From Romboutsia ilealis (GTDB lineage: Bacteria; Bacillota; Clostridia; Peptostreptococcales; Peptostreptococcaceae): a DNA stretch of 32,000 nucleotides. Location: contig NZ_LN555523.1 in the NCBI RefSeq assembly GCF_900015215.1, positions 2,336,369 through 2,368,368 of the forward strand. The letters are read 5' to 3'. This document shows positions 29,342-32,000 of the stretch, piece by piece (the stretch's first letter is position 1; every line of letters begins with the position of its first letter). Under the pieces are notes generated by a model, which saw nothing but the letters and a program-made list of their open reading frames with translations, was not told the origin of the DNA and made no database searches. The translations under genes were made by a program, and so were the position numbers.

Positions 29342-29355
29342 TATATAAATTATAA

Positions 29356-30558
29356 TTAATAAGTTAATTCTTCTATTGCTTCTTTCTTTAATATTTCTGC
29401 TTTATCAGTTCTTTCCCATGGTAGGTCTATATCACATCTTCCAAAGTGTCCATAAGCAGCTACTTGCTTGTATATTGGCTTTCTTAAGTCTAAGTCTCTT
29501 ATTATTGCACCTGGTCTTAAATCAAAGTTTTTATTAACTAATTCAACTAGTTTATCTTCTGAAACTTTTCCTGTTCCAAAAGTATCTATGAATATTGATA
29601 ATGGTTTAGCAACACCTATCGCGTAAGCTAGTTCTATCTCACACTTATCTGCAAGTCCTGCAGCAACTATATTTTTAGCTACATATCTTGCAGCATATGC
29701 AGCTGATCTATCAACTTTTGTAGGGTCTTTTCCTGAGAATGCTCCTCCACCATGTCTAGAGTATCCTCCGTAAGTATCTATTATTATTTTTCTTCCTGTA
29801 AGACCTGTATCTCCTTGAGGACCTCCTATAACGAATCTCCCTGTTGGGTTTATGTATATTATAGTTTCTTCATCAAGTAATTCTGAAGGTATAACGGCTT
29901 TTATTACATGTTCAATTAAATCTCTTCTTATTGTTTCATTATCAACCTCTTCTCCATGTTGAGTTGATATAAGTATAGTATGAACTCTAACTACTTTATC
30001 TCCATCATACTCAACTGTTACTTGAGTTTTTCCATCAGGTCTTAAGTACTCTAAAGTTCCATTTTTTCTAACTTCTGTTAATCTTCTAGATAACTTATGA
30101 GCTAACGATATTGGCATTGGCATTAATTCTTCTGTTTCGTTACAAGCAAAACCAAACATTATACCTTGATCTCCAGCTCCTATTTTTTCTATTTCATCTT
30201 CAGTTACTTCACCTTTTTTATTCTCTAAAGCTTCATCAACACCCATTGCTATATCTCCTGATTGCTCATCTATAGAAGTTATAACAGCACAAGTATCGCA
30301 GTCAAATCCATACTTAGCTCTATCATATCCAATATCTTTTACTGTTTTTCTTACTAATTTTGGTATATCAACATAAGTGTTAGTACTTATTTCTCCTGCT
30401 ACTAATACTAACCCTGTTGTTACTGTTGTCTCACAAGCAACTCTAGCATGCGGGTCTTTTTCTAATAATGCATCTAGTATTGAATCTGATATTTGATCAC
30501 ATATTTTATCTGGGTGTCCTTCTGTTACTGATTCTGATGTAAATAAATGTCTTGCCAT
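29356..30558 (-). CDS. metK: S-adenosylmethionine synthase
   Basis: The 400-aa protein carries MetK motifs ([34 protein letters not shown]). RBS AAGGAGGA precedes the start. Confidence 0.97.
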   Translation of the reverse strand: MARHLFTSESVTEGHPDKICDQISDSILDALLEKDPHARVACETTVTTGLVLVAGEISTNTYVDIPKLVRKTVKDIGYDRAKYGFDCDTCAVITSIDEQSGDIAMGVDEALENKKGEVTEDEIEKIGAGDQGIMFGFACNETEELMPMPISLAHKLSRRLTEVRKNGTLEYLRPDGKTQVTVEYDGDKVVRVHTILISTQHGEEVDNETIRRDLIEHVIKAVIPSELLDEETIIYINPTGRFVIGGPQGDTGLTGRKIIIDTYGGYSRHGGGAFSGKDPTKVDRSAAYAARYVAKNIVAAGLADKCEIELAYAIGVAKPLSIFIDTFGTGKVSEDKLVELVNKNFDLRPGAIIRDLDLRKPIYKQVAAYGHFGRCDIDLPWERTDKAEILKKEAIEELTY

Positions 30559-30629
30559 AATTAATCCTCCTTAAAATTTCTCATGTATATATCAATATAA
30601 GGCGGTTAGTCTCATACGTATCTTAAAAT

Positions 30630-30797
30630 AAAAAAACCTCTTCTTAATAAGAAGAGGTTAATTTTCGTATATAAATACATTAATTAACTAACCTCATCTC
30701 TCAAGATATAAAATCTTGTAGGACTTAGCACCTTTTCCCTAATGGGTGGTTGCTGGGCTTCACAGGGCCTATCCCTCCGCCTCTCTTGATAAGGTAA
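30630..30797 (-). promoter_or_regulatory. SAM-I (S-box) riboswitch with terminator
   Basis: The minus strand reads UUAUCAAGAGAGGCGGAGGGAUAGGCCCUGUGAAGCCCAGCAACC...GGUGCUAAGUCCUACAAG...GAGAGAUGAGG (aptamer about 30690-30795). A terminator follows: AACCTCTTCTTA/TAAGAAGAGGTT (30635-30659) plus a T-run. Confidence 0.93.
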
Positions 30798-30832
30798 TCA
30801 AGAAATATTGAATTTTTATATTAACACAATAA

Positions 30833-30861
30833 ATATTACTACCTTTTTATTCTAATGTCAA
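30833..30861 (-). promoter_or_regulatory. Candidate sigma-A promoter of the S-box/metK unit
   Basis: The minus strand reads TTGACA (30861..30856), a 17-nt spacer, then TAATAT (30838..30833). Confidence 0.5.
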
Positions 30862-31049
30862 TATATTATATCGTAATTTATTTTATAGTATTATATGTTT
30901 TAGTTTAATACTATAAAATCCAGTAAGTTCTTAATCTAACATAAATTAATTATATATAAATTTCTCACATCGAATTTACCTGGTTAAACCTAAGATATAG
31001 GTATTTTTTCTATAAGTTTTTCATATATTTTTTGTGAAAGGGGGGACTT

Positions 31050-31559
31050 ATGTATTTAGCCAAAATAAATTATAAAAAAGAAAATGTAGTACAGGTATTA
31101 AGCTCAATTATCAAAGATGTAATCGATGAAAATACAGTTATAGTTTGTATAGGAACAGACAGGGCTATAGGTGATGCACTTGGACCTTTAGTTGGAACAA
31201 TGTTAAAAAATAGTGACTTTAGATACCCTGTCTACGGTACATTAGATAACCCTATCCATGCTTTAAATATATATGAATCTATTGAATATATAAAAAAATC
31301 CCATCCAAAAGGTAACTTTCTAGCTATAGATGCGTGTTTAGGCTCAAAAAACAGTATAGGCAATATACAAATAAGAGAAGGCCCGATCTTACCCGGAAAA
31401 GGCGTAGGTAAAAAATTACCTCAAATAGGACACTATTCAATAGTAGGTATAGTAGATAAAATAGATGAAAATAATAGATTTTCATTTAATAGTGTTAGGC
31501 TTAGCTTTATTCTAGAATTAGCTGAAATTATATCTTTATCACTTTTGCTCTCAACATAA
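31050..31559 (+). CDS. yyaC: Spore protease YyaC-family protein
   Basis: CIGTDRAIGDALGPLVGTML and IDACLG are characteristic of the YyaC/GPR-like family. RBS AAAGGGGGGA precedes the start. Confidence 0.8.
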   Translation: MYLAKINYKKENVVQVLSSIIKDVIDENTVIVCIGTDRAIGDALGPLVGTMLKNSDFRYPVYGTLDNPIHALNIYESIEYIKKSHPKGNFLAIDACLGSKNSIGNIQIREGPILPGKGVGKKLPQIGHYSIVGIVDKIDENNRFSFNSVRLSFILELAEIISLSLLLST

Positions 31560-31577
31560 AGTAAATATAAAAAATAA

Positions 31578-31622
31578 AAAATCCTACTTTAAATAAAGTA
31601 TTCTATTTAGAGCAGGATTTTT
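31578..31622. terminator. Imperfect bidirectional hairpin between yyaC and the mreB-like gene
   Basis: AAATCCTACTTTAAATA pairs with TATTTAGAGCAGGATTT with a few mismatches. It is flanked by an A-run and a T-run. Confidence 0.55.
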
Positions 31623-31632
31623 TATTTATATT

Positions 31633-32000
31633 TTATTTCTTATTAAATGTTCCACTCGATTTTAATAAATCAATTGAACTGAGAGCCTTTCCTGTTCCAG
31701 CAGCTACGCAAGATAATGGGTCATTAGCAATAATTACATTTATACCTGTTCTTTCCTCAATTCTTTTATCTAAACCGTATAATAATGATCCTCCACCTGT
31801 CATGATTATCCCTCTATCACTTATATCTGCAGCTAATTCTGGTGGTGTTTTTTCCAATACCATATGTGCTGTAACCACAATCTGCTCAGCACATTCATCT
31901 AAAGCTTCTAACATTTCTGAAGACGCTACTTCTATGGCATGTGGTAATCCAGTAATTAAGTTTCTACCGGTTATTTTCATAGTTTTCTCTTCTTCTCTTT
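31633..32000 (-). CDS. mreB: MreB/Mbl-family rod-shape protein; only the C-terminal part is in the window
   Basis: GRNLITGLPHAIEV...IIMTGGGSLLYGLDKRIEERTGINVIIANDPLSCVAAGTG is the MreB C-terminal domain. The frame stays open upstream of the internal Met at 31980 to the window edge. Confidence 0.9.
   Translation of the reverse strand, partial: REEEKTMKITGRNLITGLPHAIEVASSEMLEALDECAEQIVVTAHMVLEKTPPELAADISDRGIIMTGGGSLLYGLDKRIEERTGINVIIANDPLSCVAAGTGKALSSIDLLKSSGTFNKK

Noticed and set aside
1-32000. A search for CRISPR arrays, IS elements or transposases, integrases, toxin-antitoxin pairs, restriction-modification or other defence islands.
   Set aside because: No regularly spaced repeats are present. 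No ORF has a transposase, integrase, nuclease or defence signature. Every large ORF has a clear housekeeping assignment in conserved synteny.

Overview
This is a very AT-rich Firmicute (Clostridia-type) chromosomal segment made almost entirely of conserved housekeeping genes, mostly on the minus strand. In window order it carries: a YeiH-family membrane protein divergent from a LysR regulator; pyrB-pyrK-pyrD-pyrE with a PyrR box; an SH3/NlpC-P60 wall hydrolase; a CapA-like protein; a clostridial ferredoxin; rex; an ABC-F ATPase; a MATE exporter; tsaE-tsaB-rimI-tsaD; an FMN riboswitch with ribU; an amidohydrolase; tex; prfB with its +1 frameshift; secA; hpf; a structured ncRNA between comFC and hpf that fits the raiA-motif class; recD2; a SAM-I riboswitch with metK; yyaC; and the 3' part of an mreB/mbl gene. 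The gene order resembles Peptostreptococcaceae/Clostridioides and the B. subtilis ydi and comF-hpf-secA-prfB loci, which is an inference from memory. I see no CRISPR array, transposase, integrase, prophage or recognisable defence system, so I cannot support a claim of a novel multi-gene system. The items most worth follow-up are non-coding. The first is an unassigned GC-rich tandem-hairpin element at 5650-5750. The second is a three-box DnaA-box cluster upstream of hpf. The third is the self-contained raiA-like RNA unit. The others are a consensus WalR direct repeat upstream of the wall hydrolase and a PyrR box abutting the pyrB Shine-Dalgarno with no terminator. All antisense ORFs in the track look like shadow ORFs.
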